From NCBI RefSeq assembly GCF_009834535.1, contig NC_045697.1, forward strand, positions 82,958,001 through 83,022,000: a DNA stretch of 64,000 nt, read 5' to 3'. Both the position numbers and the translations under genes were made by a program. This document shows, piece by piece, positions 63,511 to 64,000 of the stretch (positions are counted from its first letter, which is position 1; every line of letters begins with the position of its first letter). The stretch is from Camelus ferus (Eukaryota). A model generated the notes under the pieces. It was not told the origin of the DNA. It made no database searches and saw only the letters and a program-made list of their open reading frames with translations.

Positions 63511-64000
63511 AGTTTCCTGTTTCTAGTCCAGCATGAAAGAAGTTTAGAAGTTGCCACTCCCTCCTAACAACAACTAAAAAGCTAAGCAAACTGAAAAATC
63601 AACAATTCTTCTTAGATCCATCAGATAAGTGAGGGAGGTCACAAGACAAATCACTCCTTCATCCAAATGGGAGAGACCAATAAATAAATACAGAGAATCA
63701 CAACTACCCAGAGCAGCAATCTCTGCAGGAAACACCATTAGGGCAGGGAAACCTAACTAATTTCTGGAGACTCAGTGGACAATTCTGGGAACTGAAAACT
63801 CCAGAGGGACCCAGTCATTGGGTGGGGGAGAGGGGGCTCCCATGCTTTTGAGTTTACCTCATAAATGTCTACAAAGTACAATGTTCTCATAGTCAATCTC
63901 AAAAAATTCATCTATACTTCTGGCACAAGGGGAGGAACCATTTGGAAATACCCAAGAGCATTCTGTCTTTCTTAACAAAGTCTGCTCTTAGGAGAAATTA
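63511..64000 (+). mobile_element. Old LINE-1 (L1MC/L1M4-like) 5' end, running off the window
   Basis: ttcctgtttctagtcc...agaagttgccactccctcctaacaacaactaaaaagctaagcaaactgaaaaatcaacaattcttcttagatccatcag matches a recalled old L1 5' UTR. Confidence 0.75.

Overview
This is AT-rich mammalian nuclear DNA, very likely from a camelid (alpaca, llama or camel), because it carries three tRNA-derived Vic-1-like SINEs and a lineage-specific young L1 subfamily. About half the window, by hand tally, is LINE-1 in several age layers: two near-full-length decayed copies, several 5' or internal fragments, and young 5'-truncated insertions, one with a perfect 16-bp TSD. It also holds MaLR (MLT1) LTRs, an ERV1 solo LTR, a truncated MER34-like ERV1 provirus with decayed gag, a MER58A DNA transposon, and MIR/L2 relics. 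I cannot identify a protein-coding exon, RNA gene or host gene. The ORF track is explained by L1/ERV remnants, their antisense frames and chance ORFs. I see no convincing new biological system. The most interesting signals are repair or rearrangement scars: a ~185-bp piece of local unique DNA copied into an L1 3' UTR, a ~143-bp orphan insert in an L1 microsatellite, and insertion-linked or microhomology deletions. L1s are also strongly biased to the minus strand, which suggests an intron of a plus-strand gene. Subfamily names come from recalled consensus similarity, and boundaries are approximate unless a TSD is given.
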